Shown here piece by piece: positions 30,173-40,355 of a DNA stretch of 60,636 nt. Origin of the DNA: a virus; the IMG/VR virus record IMGVR_UViG_3300027498_000003, positions 1-60,636 of that record. The stretch is one strand, 5' to 3'. The stretch's first letter is position 1. Each line of letters opens with the position of its first letter. The notes under the pieces were generated by a model, which did not search any database, had not been told where the DNA came from, and worked only from the letters and a program-made list of their open reading frames with translations. The position numbers and the translations under genes were made by a program.

Positions 30173-30676
30173 ATGAAAATAATATTTTTAGATATAGACG
30201 GGGTTCTCAACTCTCAAGACCACGCAGACAGCCTATACGAGGCGTGGGAAATAAGAAGGAATCATAACAAACCATATATAAGTAAGTCTGATTATGAGAG
30301 CTTTAGAGATGGTATATATCAAGATGAGTTTGGGGTATTATTTGACCCCAGATGTGTTAGATGGCTGGATTCACTGATAAAGAGGACCGGCGCATATATA
30401 GTCATATCAAGCGATTGGCGTAAGTCTGGAATACAAAGTTTGCGGCGAATGTGGGAGCATCGTAATCTGCCGGGAGATGTGGCAGGTGTGACATTAGTAG
30501 ATCAGCAAGGAATTAGAGAAAATGAAATACTCCAAGTTGTAGAGGAGTTTAAACCCAATAAATGGGTAGCCATCGATGATTTAGATTTGGATTTAAAATC
30601 TAATTTTGTAAAGACTGATTTCAGTATTGGCATAGATAGAACATGCTATCATAAGTGTAAGAATTTATTATTGTAA
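30173..30676 (+). CDS. HAD-domain protein of the Swiss Army Knife RNA-repair type
   Basis: IIFLDIDGVLN, IVISSDWR, R..EI, WVAIDD. Confidence 0.85.
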   Translation: MKIIFLDIDGVLNSQDHADSLYEAWEIRRNHNKPYISKSDYESFRDGIYQDEFGVLFDPRCVRWLDSLIKRTGAYIVISSDWRKSGIQSLRRMWEHRNLPGDVAGVTLVDQQGIRENEILQVVEEFKPNKWVAIDDLDLDLKSNFVKTDFSIGIDRTCYHKCKNLLL

Positions 30677-30686
30677 ATAAATAAAA

Positions 30687-32370
30687 ATGACTATATATAA
30701 AAGTCAAGAAGAGGCTATAACTAATAGGAAATGTAAAGATAGATACATTATAATAGGAGAGAGTGTGTCCGCTCATTGTTGTTTTAGTTATAGCATAATA
30801 GACACATCTAAAGGTGTAGAGAGTTATGGACACTACTACATCGGATACGTATGTGAAACTTTTGAAGAGCCCGAAGCTCTGCTAATAGCTAACTCTCTTA
30901 ACCATAGATAAATATGATATACGAAACCAAAATGTACAGTGCTAAATGTGATCACTGCCAAACTAAATGGGTAGACGAACATACTGGATTTGTAGCTTTC
31001 ACAGATGAATCATTTATGAAGGATACTTTATTAGATAGTGATTGGATAGAAGGGGGAGGGGAGCTCGGTAAAGATGGAGAATATTTCTGCCCAGAATGCT
31101 TCGCGTATGATCGCCTTGGTAACCCTATTCTAAATCCTTTTAGAAAAGATTTTGTAACAAAACTACGTAACAAAACGCGGAGTATACTGAATGAAGTATG
31201 AAATACAATTTTAAATATTTTAGAAGAAAATCAGGAATAGAAGTATGGGTCTACACACGGCTCAGGGGTTGGATTACTGTTGATGACTATAACGAGTATT
31301 TAGCTTATCAATTTGATCCGCAAGGAACTTCAATAGAATGCTATGTAAATCTTGAGGGTAAGCGAGTCACCTAACAATGTCTGACAAATATTAAAAACAA
31401 ATATAAAAATGAAAGTATTCAAATTTTTACGAAATGGTAAGTCATACACCATATCATCAGATTCAAAAGAAAATGCTCAACAGCACCTAAAAAATGAATA
31501 CGGTGTGAATATTCCCAACTGCTTTGAAGTGCCTGAAAGCGAGTGGGATTTAAGAGATATAAAAATGTTCGTTGATAACGATCCAAGTAAAGATAAATTC
31601 TACACATCAATTAGAGAGCAGATACCACGATCTGGAACGCAATTATTGGCTACTACTGAACCTGAGATGTTCGGTTATCCTAACGGCGACTAATGTGCAA
31701 GGATAGCGATAACCGCTGTCAAGAATAAAGAATGAATATTAAACACAAATAAAATGTCAAGTAAATGATACAATGGCTAAAATCAAAATGCAATTATCTA
31801 CTATCTATTACTAATTGCCGTACTCCCCCGAAAGGCTTGCACGAAGAGTGGCTACTTACTAACGGATATGACACATATGGCTTTGTGGAAATCATTGAGG
31901 ACTCACTAAGAATAGCACGATGGAATTCAGATGGTAAAAACGATATAAACAACTGGGTGGTCGAAGTGAAAGGTAGCCCGCATCCTTGGGGTGACCAAGA
32001 TGATGTTTGGGTTACAACAGGCTTCAGAATCCGCTACGTTCACGAACTGAAAACTTTATTGGAAATGCATGAGTATGACTCTTAGTTGTTAGGTTTTAAA
32101 CACTAAAATTAAATGAAAAAGGAATTAGTAATTATAAAGGGGTACATCAATTCTATATACGGATTGGTATCAGAAGGGGATAGATACCATATATTAGAAA
32201 TGATAGATGCATTAATTGAGCACTGCGATGATAGTCAAAAACATTCTGTACTGTCAGCTGATATCATAGCGGAACAAAGTGAAGCGACGGCCCGTTGTCT
32301 TTCCGAAGATCATACAGATAGCATAAGACTATTTAAAAAGTGTAAGGTTTGCGGCCACACTAACACATAG
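30687..32370 (+). other. Small hypothetical genes (30687-30911, 30914-31201, 31409-31693, 31765-32085, 32113-32370)
   Basis: Packed ORFs; the last three carry remnants of cassette hairpins. Confidence 0.65.
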
Positions 32371-32492
32371 GCAGACTGGATTATAATTCATTTATATCAG
32401 CGCATACTCAGAAAAAGAACTAAATGATGGTTGGAGCGATATAAGGTGGCACTGGAATTAGCAAGTAAAAGTTTCGGATAGGGCTTGTATAC

Positions 32493-32524
32493 AAAAAAGC
32501 CTTACTCAATAAAGAATAAGGCTT
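32493..32524 (-). terminator. Terminator between convergent units
   Basis: AAAAAAGCCTTA-ctcaataaagaa-TAAGGCTT. Confidence 0.55.
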
Positions 32525-32774
32525 AACATCGTGTAAGTAGCATCGATCTTTATCAATACTTATAAGTTTTTAATCGAAGCTAAGTTTACTAATCAACCTG
32601 GCCTATGAGTTCGTTCTTTAGGTTGATAAGCATCTGAATTGTTTTATGTCTTTTCTCAACGGCGCCGCCTTTACAATTACATGGGTATAGCCCCGTAGCA
32701 TTATCATCCTCCTGACATAAGGCACAAATCGCCGCTTGATACATAATCTCTATGGCTTCTTTAGTAGTCATTTA

Positions 32775-33563
32775 TTATGAGTTTTTAAAATCTTTTCTAA
32801 TAAAGACATCTTTAGCCATCTTTATCCCGGCTAATGCCCATGATTGTAGATTAGAGTTTAACCAATGTACGGGCCCGCCGGATCTGCCGTGCGTTCTCAC
32901 AGAAAGAAAAGTAACTACTTTTAAGTCTTGCTGCGGATTGTAGGCGTATATATCTCTTGCGTGATCTAACACTTCTCCGTCCTTACCCCCATGCCCAGTT
33001 GGAATTTCGGGGTGACCAGGATTGTTATAATGCACCATGCATGCAGGATCACACCCTAATAACTCAGCTAATAGGTGCAGAGGTCTTAGAGTTTTATACT
33101 TATAGTAGTTGAAGTATTTTTGATCAAACACTTTCTCCATGGTTCTTATGCCTCTATCTACCAATCTACCGTATGCCCCATATCCATCCCCTTTAATGAA
33201 GTCTCTGTTAGGTTTTTTAGGCACTTTGTTTCTCTTAGACCACTTAGCTACTGATACAAAGTTCTCGACGCATTCATCGTCCTTAACATGGTCTACAACC
33301 TCTCTCCAAGAGTTAAAACCAAACTCAGACAGGGTGCCGGGGATATCTGCATCTAACTCCCATGGTGTGTATTTTCTAAGAAGCTCTATCACTTTGTCAG
33401 GCCAAGGTTCATCGTTTACTTTAGCCAACTGGCTGATCTCCATGGTATCTTCGAATACTTCTTTAAATTCTGGAGTATCATAGGCTAAGGGGGCCAATAA
33501 GCCCCAGTCTTTTCCTTTCCTAAATTCTACCCCTTCCTGGGGTGGTAAATTATTATTTGGCAT
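32775..33563 (-). CDS. PAP2 / vanadium-dependent haloperoxidase-like protein
   Basis: KYKTLRP, PGHPEIPTGH and GRSGGPVHW resemble the K..RP, PSGH and SR.....H motifs. Confidence 0.6.
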   Translation of the reverse strand: MPNNNLPPQEGVEFRKGKDWGLLAPLAYDTPEFKEVFEDTMEISQLAKVNDEPWPDKVIELLRKYTPWELDADIPGTLSEFGFNSWREVVDHVKDDECVENFVSVAKWSKRNKVPKKPNRDFIKGDGYGAYGRLVDRGIRTMEKVFDQKYFNYYKYKTLRPLHLLAELLGCDPACMVHYNNPGHPEIPTGHGGKDGEVLDHARDIYAYNPQQDLKVVTFLSVRTHGRSGGPVHWLNSNLQSWALAGIKMAKDVFIRKDFKNS

Positions 33564-33614
33564 TTTGTTTAGTTTTAAACTACGTCTTCTTTAATAGAAT
33601 AATATCCTAATAAC

Positions 33615-33848
33615 TTACAGTAAGTTATTATCTAATATCAGCTTAATTAAATCGTCTTCCTTTAGGCGGCTGTATCCCTTTATCTCAGCTTTCTTCAAGA
33701 TAGCTTTAAGTTCTCCTACTTTATATTCCTTCTTTATTTCTTTGAATTTAGCATCGGAGTCTTTACCTAATAAGAAAGCTTCAGCTTCTAAAGGGTCATG
33801 TTCTCTCGGGTCAAATCCGAGTGAATCTATGCATTCTTGATCAATCAT
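33615..33848 (-). CDS. Rho-termination-factor N-terminal (HEH) domain protein
   Basis: KVGELKAILKKAEIKGYSRLKEDDLIKLI. Confidence 0.7.
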   Translation of the reverse strand: MIDQECIDSLGFDPREHDPLEAEAFLLGKDSDAKFKEIKKEYKVGELKAILKKAEIKGYSRLKEDDLIKLILDNNLL

Positions 33849-33849
33849 A

Positions 33850-35214
33850 TTATCCTATTTGACAAAGAGATGCACTCCTTGTATTAGTTACAAAATTATT
33901 AAGTGTCCCGTGCTCGCTTGAATCATAATACAAACACGCGCCGCCTGTGGTGTCAGGAGTAGTTCTGACTATATTACCATTTATTAAATACTCTATATTA
34001 CCACCTATTCTTCTTACCTCAAAATCTATGCAAGACTTTTTAAATTGTCTCTCATAATGATACCAAGACCTTTGTGTACCTGATTCATAAATATAAACTA
34101 TCCAATATGGGGTAGCTATATCATACCTTAGTATACTGTATATAGCGAAATCTATTTCTTGAAAAGATGCACTATTAGAGCAAGTATCTGATAACCCAAC
34201 CATAGTATATGATCTTGCAGATTCATTTGGATCTACGCATTGAGTCCATTTAATAGATACATCACCATCTAAGCATTTGTCACAAGGTGCTAATTGATTT
34301 GACCAACCTCCAGTAATACTAGGATCAATTGATTGTTCATAGCAACAGCAGTCTGTATAATCTACATCTGTACTACAGCATTCACACGCTTTAGACGCGC
34401 AAGGATGGGGTACAAATGGGCCTGTTACAGGGCTTTCTGTAACGACAACACCTTCTACCCTCACTCCATTGGTTATCGTGTCCTCACGGTAAGCTGAGAC
34501 ACGATTAACGCAGCCCTGTACTATTTCCAATTGTACTTGATCAGGAAATACTATTGGATCTGCAGCAGGGCATGGTGGTATATTAATCTGATTAAGACAT
34601 GATGTTAATTCCCCTTGAGGAGCTTCTTCTAATTGTTTACCAGATTCTATATCAAAAAAAACGGGACCATCCCCGTCTTCGCATATCATACACTTGTACT
34701 CAGTAATGTTATCTATAAGAATACTTAGATCTTCATTCCCTCCCGAACAAGTAGGGACAGTCAAGTTGTAAACTTTACCATTCTTATCTGTGTAAGTGAA
34801 AGGGTAATCGTAAGATGCGGGGCTTTGGTTTCCACCCCATGCCCAACAAAAATTAGAACCATCCCAAGAGTATTCCCCCGATGTTGAAGGTACTGTAAAC
34901 GTTCCCCCTGCGCCGTTATCGCTAAAGAGTCCATTGGTACACAGTGTGTCTCCTATTTCTAAATCTGCTGGGTCACAATCTCCTGTCCCATAAGATATCT
35001 CCGCCTTTTCTTGTACATTATAGCATACCGTAGAAGACGCACATTTAGGTGTTGGCGGGCATTCAGGGCACGGGGGTATCTCAGTAGGCAATACTGATAC
35101 TATGTCATATACATCACATAGTTTTGCAAGTAACTCTTTATCATTACCGCATAATTTACAAAGCAAATCGTATATAGCTTGATTTCCTGCCATTATTTTA
35201 TTATTTTTTTCCAA
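33850..35214 (-). CDS. Cys-rich protein, probable virion appendage (beta-rich C-terminus)
   Basis: Dozens of Cys, CPECP linkers, C-terminal FEVRRIGGNIEYLING lectin-like segment. Confidence 0.6.
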   Translation of the reverse strand: MEKNNKIMAGNQAIYDLLCKLCGNDKELLAKLCDVYDIVSVLPTEIPPCPECPPTPKCASSTVCYNVQEKAEISYGTGDCDPADLEIGDTLCTNGLFSDNGAGGTFTVPSTSGEYSWDGSNFCWAWGGNQSPASYDYPFTYTDKNGKVYNLTVPTCSGGNEDLSILIDNITEYKCMICEDGDGPVFFDIESGKQLEEAPQGELTSCLNQINIPPCPAADPIVFPDQVQLEIVQGCVNRVSAYREDTITNGVRVEGVVVTESPVTGPFVPHPCASKACECCSTDVDYTDCCCYEQSIDPSITGGWSNQLAPCDKCLDGDVSIKWTQCVDPNESARSYTMVGLSDTCSNSASFQEIDFAIYSILRYDIATPYWIVYIYESGTQRSWYHYERQFKKSCIDFEVRRIGGNIEYLINGNIVRTTPDTTGGACLYYDSSEHGTLNNFVTNTRSASLCQIG

Positions 35215-35483
35215 TGAGTAGCTTCTACGCTTTCCTTAGTTCTCCAATGTACATCTGCATGAAGTAGACCTAAGTCTCTAGGATTAGTATAGAATATTCT
35301 CTTTGGTTTGTCTTTACAAATTACTTGTATGTCCCAATCAGAATCTTTAGTAGGTTCTTTCTTGGTCTTGGTGCTTCTGCTGCCAGCAATAAACACATCA
35401 TCTACAAAACTTAATGTTAAGAGATATTGTATATAGGCTTTAGCAGCCTTTTTGCTATTGGTTATTTTAGACTTGCTACTCAT
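35193..35483 (-). CDS. Minimal nucleotidyltransferase (Pol-beta superfamily)
   Basis: VFIAGSRS..DSDWDI..ADV (GS, DxD, third Asp). Confidence 0.75.
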   Translation of the reverse strand: MSSKSKITNSKKAAKAYIQYLLTLSFVDDVFIAGSRSTKTKKEPTKDSDWDIQVICKDKPKRIFYTNPRDLGLLHADVHWRTKESVEATHWKKIIK

Positions 35484-35486
35484 CTA

Positions 35487-38042
35487 TTATTCACAATTAC
35501 ATTCTAATATTGATTCAGCTATTTTGGCTCTATTAACAGCGTCCCCTGTTCCTGAGAAGGTTGCGTTTCCGCCTACCGAGGATGTTCCCTGATATGATGT
35601 AGCTAAAAATTCATAACTATTATTACCAAAATCAACAATAAGTATTTTAGCAGTACCTCCCGCATCTATACAATCCATGATGGCTTGTGTGAAATCTACA
35701 GCACCTTGAGTATTTGCTCCCGTGCTTATATTCCAATTAAGAGTATTAGATGTAGAACTAAAATCTATGTCAGTTGTATTCTCTAAAGCTAGGTAATCGG
35801 TATTAAATTGAGAGCAGTCTTCGGGTACATCAAAGTCAGGGCATTGTACGAATGTTTCCGATTCTATGTTATTACCCGATTCTGTAAACGTCCCTGTCAT
35901 AACTCCCTGATCATCAACAGTAAGCGTCATAGTATCACCGCCATTTCTTACAATCACTAATTCAGATTCACATGGCCCTACAAACTGGAATACTGGTTTA
36001 GGACCTTGTTCTGATGAGTCTACGTCTGTAGCCACACTCATTGTCCATCCAGCATTACTGTTCACATTGGCTATAAGGTTAGTATACCATGAAGCTTTAC
36101 CTCCATCATCCTGAGACGATGGTTGATCCACTGAAGTACCTGCAGGAGTTTCCCACTCCATAGAACCCTCCTCCCATGAATTTAAATTTTGATAATCAAA
36201 TCCTCTCACACAAAAAGGAGCAGATTCACACTTTTCGTCACAACCTGGCTCAACTGTAAGCAACTCTGCTATCTCACAGAGCTTATCTAATATAGCTTGA
36301 TCTAATCCTTCTCCACACTTAGTGCAACATACCTCAGTTAAACATTCATCATCGAGTACTACAGGCTGTTTATTGTCATCAAAATACTCACAAATTAATT
36401 CCCCTTTACAATCGAAGTACTGTAATCCGGTATATCTACTTTCAGGTTGGGCTGTTTTTCTTATAGAAAATCTCCATGTCTGACCTTTACAATCTGTTAC
36501 ATCAAAATAACCTATGTTCCCATTTTCATCGGCGGGTATATCATCACAAGAAATACTTCTTCCAAAACAATTTGCACTTGGAGTAACAGGTGGGAGATCG
36601 CAACCTCTTCCTGCGGGCAGATTATACTGACTATTAGCAGTTATTGTATCGTATAACAAATTACTAAGCGGTATCCACGTACCTGTAGTGGTCGTTTCTA
36701 CGACAGGGTTTGTAAGTAGATCTACTCCATTTATATTTATTTGATCTATAGTAGCTGTACCACAAGTCAGTAATCTATCTATAACTCCTTTATACGTAGT
36801 TGGTAACTCCCCATTTAATAATAATACAGAGCCGTGAGGTGTGTTATAAACCCCGGGCTGCGTGTCTATATTAGGTCTATATCCTACGTAACCATTATCC
36901 CATTCATAATAGAATAACTGCGATTTAAAACATTTCTCAGATATTATATTCTTATCTATGCACTCAACTAAATCACCTTTGGGTGAGGCAGGTATATTAG
37001 TGCCATATAGTAGTATTTCTGTAGGGCAATTGCTATAACTTTTTACTTCATATTTATCACAAGTATTAGGATCACACAATATTAAAGATCCTGTGAATTC
37101 ACAAGGCGCACAACCTTCTCCGTTTAATTCTCCTTGTAATTCATAATCTATTAATGCATTAGGGTCATCTGGATCAGGCGTATAGTAGCCTGTAAATATT
37201 TGACCGCCGCCACAATCCTGAAAGACTGCATAAACTACTTGATCAGGGTTATCAGAATCGCAAACAGGTTGCAAATCAGTCTGACAAGATAGAGTTGGTA
37301 CAGGTGGGAATTCTGTTTCACAAGGAATAGGGCATATAGGTGGGCAAGTTCCCCCGTTTAAAGGGGTCCAAACTTCATTTAACTCCTCACTATCACAATC
37401 ATCAGCGCAATCCAAACATCTTTGGTAATAGAATGTATCAGATTCTACATATTGTATGACTAAATTCTTAGGCGTAGTTGATTGATCAGATGTATAAGCT
37501 ACTGATACTGGTATCTTTTCTCCGGGACATATCCTGAAGCCCACGTACCTTGCGAACATTTGATTAAGTTCAACTACAGGTGCAGATAATCCACCACAAC
37601 CATTGGGGAAGTTACAGAAAGGAGCTACAGTTATAGCCCAAGGCATTATGCCATCTAAACCAGTTGCCATTTGGTTAACTTGGTCAGTCCAGCCCGTGGC
37701 AGAAGGTACAGTAAATGTGTCTATATCCCCATTGTCAAAAGTGACAGTATATATCTGATTTGTATGTCGGAAAGACGTGAAAGTATTATCTAATCCGCCC
37801 TCTACAAATTTATCTTTCCAGCATGAGTTGTTGTTAGGGGATTTAGAGCATTCCCCAGGGGAAGCCTCATCCCCTTCTGAGGGAGTTATGGGGTTACCTA
37901 GTGCATCTGTATATGTAGTAGATACTAATATAGTGTTACCCGCGGCGTCTTGGCCATATTCATAATGAATAGAGATAGCCTGAAAAGTGCCATCTGCTTT
38001 TTTCAAACATCCAATAATTGGTGTAATATCTTTACATTTCAT
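35487..38042 (-). CDS. Large Cys-rich modular protein (851 aa), putative fibre or decoration protein
   Basis: Acidic, Cys/Thr/Pro rich; N-terminus homologous to 38077-38535. Confidence 0.6.
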   Translation of the reverse strand: MKCKDITPIIGCLKKADGTFQAISIHYEYGQDAAGNTILVSTTYTDALGNPITPSEGDEASPGECSKSPNNNSCWKDKFVEGGLDNTFTSFRHTNQIYTVTFDNGDIDTFTVPSATGWTDQVNQMATGLDGIMPWAITVAPFCNFPNGCGGLSAPVVELNQMFARYVGFRICPGEKIPVSVAYTSDQSTTPKNLVIQYVESDTFYYQRCLDCADDCDSEELNEVWTPLNGGTCPPICPIPCETEFPPVPTLSCQTDLQPVCDSDNPDQVVYAVFQDCGGGQIFTGYYTPDPDDPNALIDYELQGELNGEGCAPCEFTGSLILCDPNTCDKYEVKSYSNCPTEILLYGTNIPASPKGDLVECIDKNIISEKCFKSQLFYYEWDNGYVGYRPNIDTQPGVYNTPHGSVLLLNGELPTTYKGVIDRLLTCGTATIDQININGVDLLTNPVVETTTTGTWIPLSNLLYDTITANSQYNLPAGRGCDLPPVTPSANCFGRSISCDDIPADENGNIGYFDVTDCKGQTWRFSIRKTAQPESRYTGLQYFDCKGELICEYFDDNKQPVVLDDECLTEVCCTKCGEGLDQAILDKLCEIAELLTVEPGCDEKCESAPFCVRGFDYQNLNSWEEGSMEWETPAGTSVDQPSSQDDGGKASWYTNLIANVNSNAGWTMSVATDVDSSEQGPKPVFQFVGPCESELVIVRNGGDTMTLTVDDQGVMTGTFTESGNNIESETFVQCPDFDVPEDCSQFNTDYLALENTTDIDFSSTSNTLNWNISTGANTQGAVDFTQAIMDCIDAGGTAKILIVDFGNNSYEFLATSYQGTSSVGGNATFSGTGDAVNRAKIAESILECNCE

Positions 38043-38076
38043 ACTTTAAAAACTATCTCTATTATTATAAATTCTG

Positions 38077-38535
38077 TTATTTGCCTGCTCCCCAAGCTGT
38101 CTTGAGTCCTACAGGAACTCCTGGGTCACACTCTTCCTCGCATTTACCTACAGTACCTTGGGGTTCATAAGGAGTGGCTTTATCTAATTCGTAATTAGCA
38201 ACAGCTGGCGGCACAATAGGCAAACAGTTGTCATCGAAAGATGTAATTACCTGGCAGAAAAACTGAACAATATCAGTCCGGTCATCATTTACGTCATCGC
38301 AAAGTAATTCCCATTCTACATCAGGCGAAGGCTTTGCACAAGCTCCCGGAGTAACTACCACCTCTCCCACAGATACGGGGGCACCTACAGCATCCGTGTA
38401 TATGGTAGACACTAGTATCGTCTCCCCAAGCGCATCTTGTCCGTATTCATAATGAATTACTACTGTTTGTTTTAGCCCGTCTGCGTCAGTGTAGCACCCT
38501 AATTCAGTGGATAATTGTTTGCATTTAAGTCCCAT
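38077..38535 (-). CDS. Cys-rich modular protein
   Basis: IHYEYGQDA.G.TILVST.YTDA shared with 35487-38042; C-terminal GLKTAWGAGK. Confidence 0.65.
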   Translation of the reverse strand: MGLKCKQLSTELGCYTDADGLKQTVVIHYEYGQDALGETILVSTIYTDAVGAPVSVGEVVVTPGACAKPSPDVEWELLCDDVNDDRTDIVQFFCQVITSFDDNCLPIVPPAVANYELDKATPYEPQGTVGKCEEECDPGVPVGLKTAWGAGK

Positions 38536-38570
38536 TTCTTTCTTATTGTTTTTGGATTATTATTAAAATT

Positions 38571-39140
38571 CTATTTAGCAGCTCCCCATACTGATTTTAA
38601 ACCTTGAGGCTCTGAGGGGATACATATATCATTACAAACTTCTTCTGTTGGAGTAGCCTCTATTTCTACCTTAACTCCTTCACTATCAATTAGATATGTA
38701 ACTATATTTACAAAACCGTCACGACATTCTCTTATTAAAAAAGGAACTGTGTCTGCACATGCTTCAGAAGTAGGTATGGCTAAGATTTCTTCTGGAGTGT
38801 CATCTTCTTCTATAAGGACATAATGTACTATGGTAATAACCCCATCGCGGCACTCTCTAACTGAGGATAGTTCTATATCTATATCACATAAAACGCCTGT
38901 ATCAGTTATCGTAGGCTCGCCGGGAACTCCGTCGGTTATCACAATAATAACCTGACTATATGTGTTAGTCTCCTCGTTACATTCCCACTCTAATTCAGTT
39001 GTAACTACTGGAACAGGCTCGCATTCTGTACACTCTGCGCAATCTACTAAAGTAGTCTTACCGTCGACAACAGCGTAACATAACTCGCTCTTTATCGCGC
39101 CAGTAGTAGGGTTTATTATTATTCGTTTAGTACAAAACAT
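38571..39140 (-). CDS. Cys-rich repeat protein
   Basis: Tandem RECRDG..IV.Y..PT.E.C repeats; C-terminal GLKSVWGAAK. Confidence 0.65.
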   Translation of the reverse strand: MFCTKRIIINPTTGAIKSELCYAVVDGKTTLVDCAECTECEPVPVVTTELEWECNEETNTYSQVIIVITDGVPGEPTITDTGVLCDIDIELSSVRECRDGVITIVHYVLIEEDDTPEEILAIPTSEACADTVPFLIRECRDGFVNIVTYLIDSEGVKVEIEATPTEEVCNDICIPSEPQGLKSVWGAAK

Positions 39141-39145
39141 TATAT

Positions 39146-39892
39146 TTATTTTTTAGTAGGGCATTCATCTAAATCTACAGCAATACATGGTTCAGGGAAC
39201 TCTATATTTATATCTGGAGGACAGTGAGGGCTGTTTAGTACAATCGCTACTGGACACTCTGTCTCAGTCACCTCAGCGCACGGCACCATAGCCCCATCTA
39301 TCATATATCCGTAACATTCTGGTGGTAGCGGAATTAAGCAGTCATATTTGATAATGTCATATCTAGGTATCCCTTCTATGCACTTTCCCTCTTGATCTAT
39401 GCAAACCTTACCTGGTACAGGTACAATAGCATCTACAGGAGGATCACAGTTAGGAATAAGGTTTTCCGGACAATCTATAACCGCTCCGCCGCTATCTGTA
39501 CAAACTTTAACTATTTCTGGGGCTCCTGGTATGTAAGTACACGTAGGGCCTTCGGGGCCACCGTCTACAGGCTGCACTGACTTCTTACACGGAGATGCGG
39601 GATCGCACACTACCTCTAATCCCCCTGATCCGGGAGAAGATGCAGGATCTAATACATAAGGTATGGTGGTTGTTGTTGTCACCCACACAATATCACATGT
39701 CCCCGCAATACAGCATTTTACTGTAAAAGGAGTTACGGATGGAGGTATAGGAGGGCATGAGCTGCTTGACTGAGCTAACATTACGTCAGTCATAGTGCAC
39801 ATAATACCATTTAGGGATTTAAGTTGTCCAGCTAATTTCTTAGTGAGCCTATTCAGATATCCAGAATTGGATTCAGTAGGGGATTGATACAT
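39146..39892 (-). CDS. Cys/Pro-rich protein
   Basis: More than 20 Cys; first gene of the divergent minus-strand operon. Confidence 0.6.
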   Translation of the reverse strand: MYQSPTESNSGYLNRLTKKLAGQLKSLNGIMCTMTDVMLAQSSSSCPPIPPSVTPFTVKCCIAGTCDIVWVTTTTTIPYVLDPASSPGSGGLEVVCDPASPCKKSVQPVDGGPEGPTCTYIPGAPEIVKVCTDSGGAVIDCPENLIPNCDPPVDAIVPVPGKVCIDQEGKCIEGIPRYDIIKYDCLIPLPPECYGYMIDGAMVPCAEVTETECPVAIVLNSPHCPPDINIEFPEPCIAVDLDECPTKK

Positions 39893-40021
39893 ATTGTTAT
39901 TTTTACATAATTCAAGACCAATAATAAATCTTGAATAGGGCAGCTATCAATATTGATAAACAGGCTATAAAGTTAATTCATATTAATTTTAAAAAAACTA
40001 CATTAATTAATACTAAGTGAC

Positions 40022-40029
40022 TATATTTG
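40022..40029 (+). promoter_or_regulatory. Bacteroidota -7 promoter box for the replication operon
   Basis: TATATTTG in the divergent AT-rich intergenic region upstream of 40052. Confidence 0.5.
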
Positions 40030-40355
40030 AAACCCACTAAAAATAAATACTATGAGCGAATACACACATAACGTACCTAAAGATGACCCCACGGAAGATG
40101 GGGTTTATTTATGTAAGACCTTTTTTCATTTCACTCCTACTTCAGAGGGGACTCCTGTTAACATAGAGTTTAAAGATGGAGAGTGGCAGGGATTGCCGGC
40201 GATGAGAGGTGTATATGATTGGGAATTAACTGAATATAAAATAATATGAATCCATTATTAAAAACAGAAACCTATGAAAGGACTTAAAACAGTAGACGGA
40301 GACGTAATTAAATTAACTGTAAATCGCCCTTCTTAATAAACTCGAAATAAAGTAG

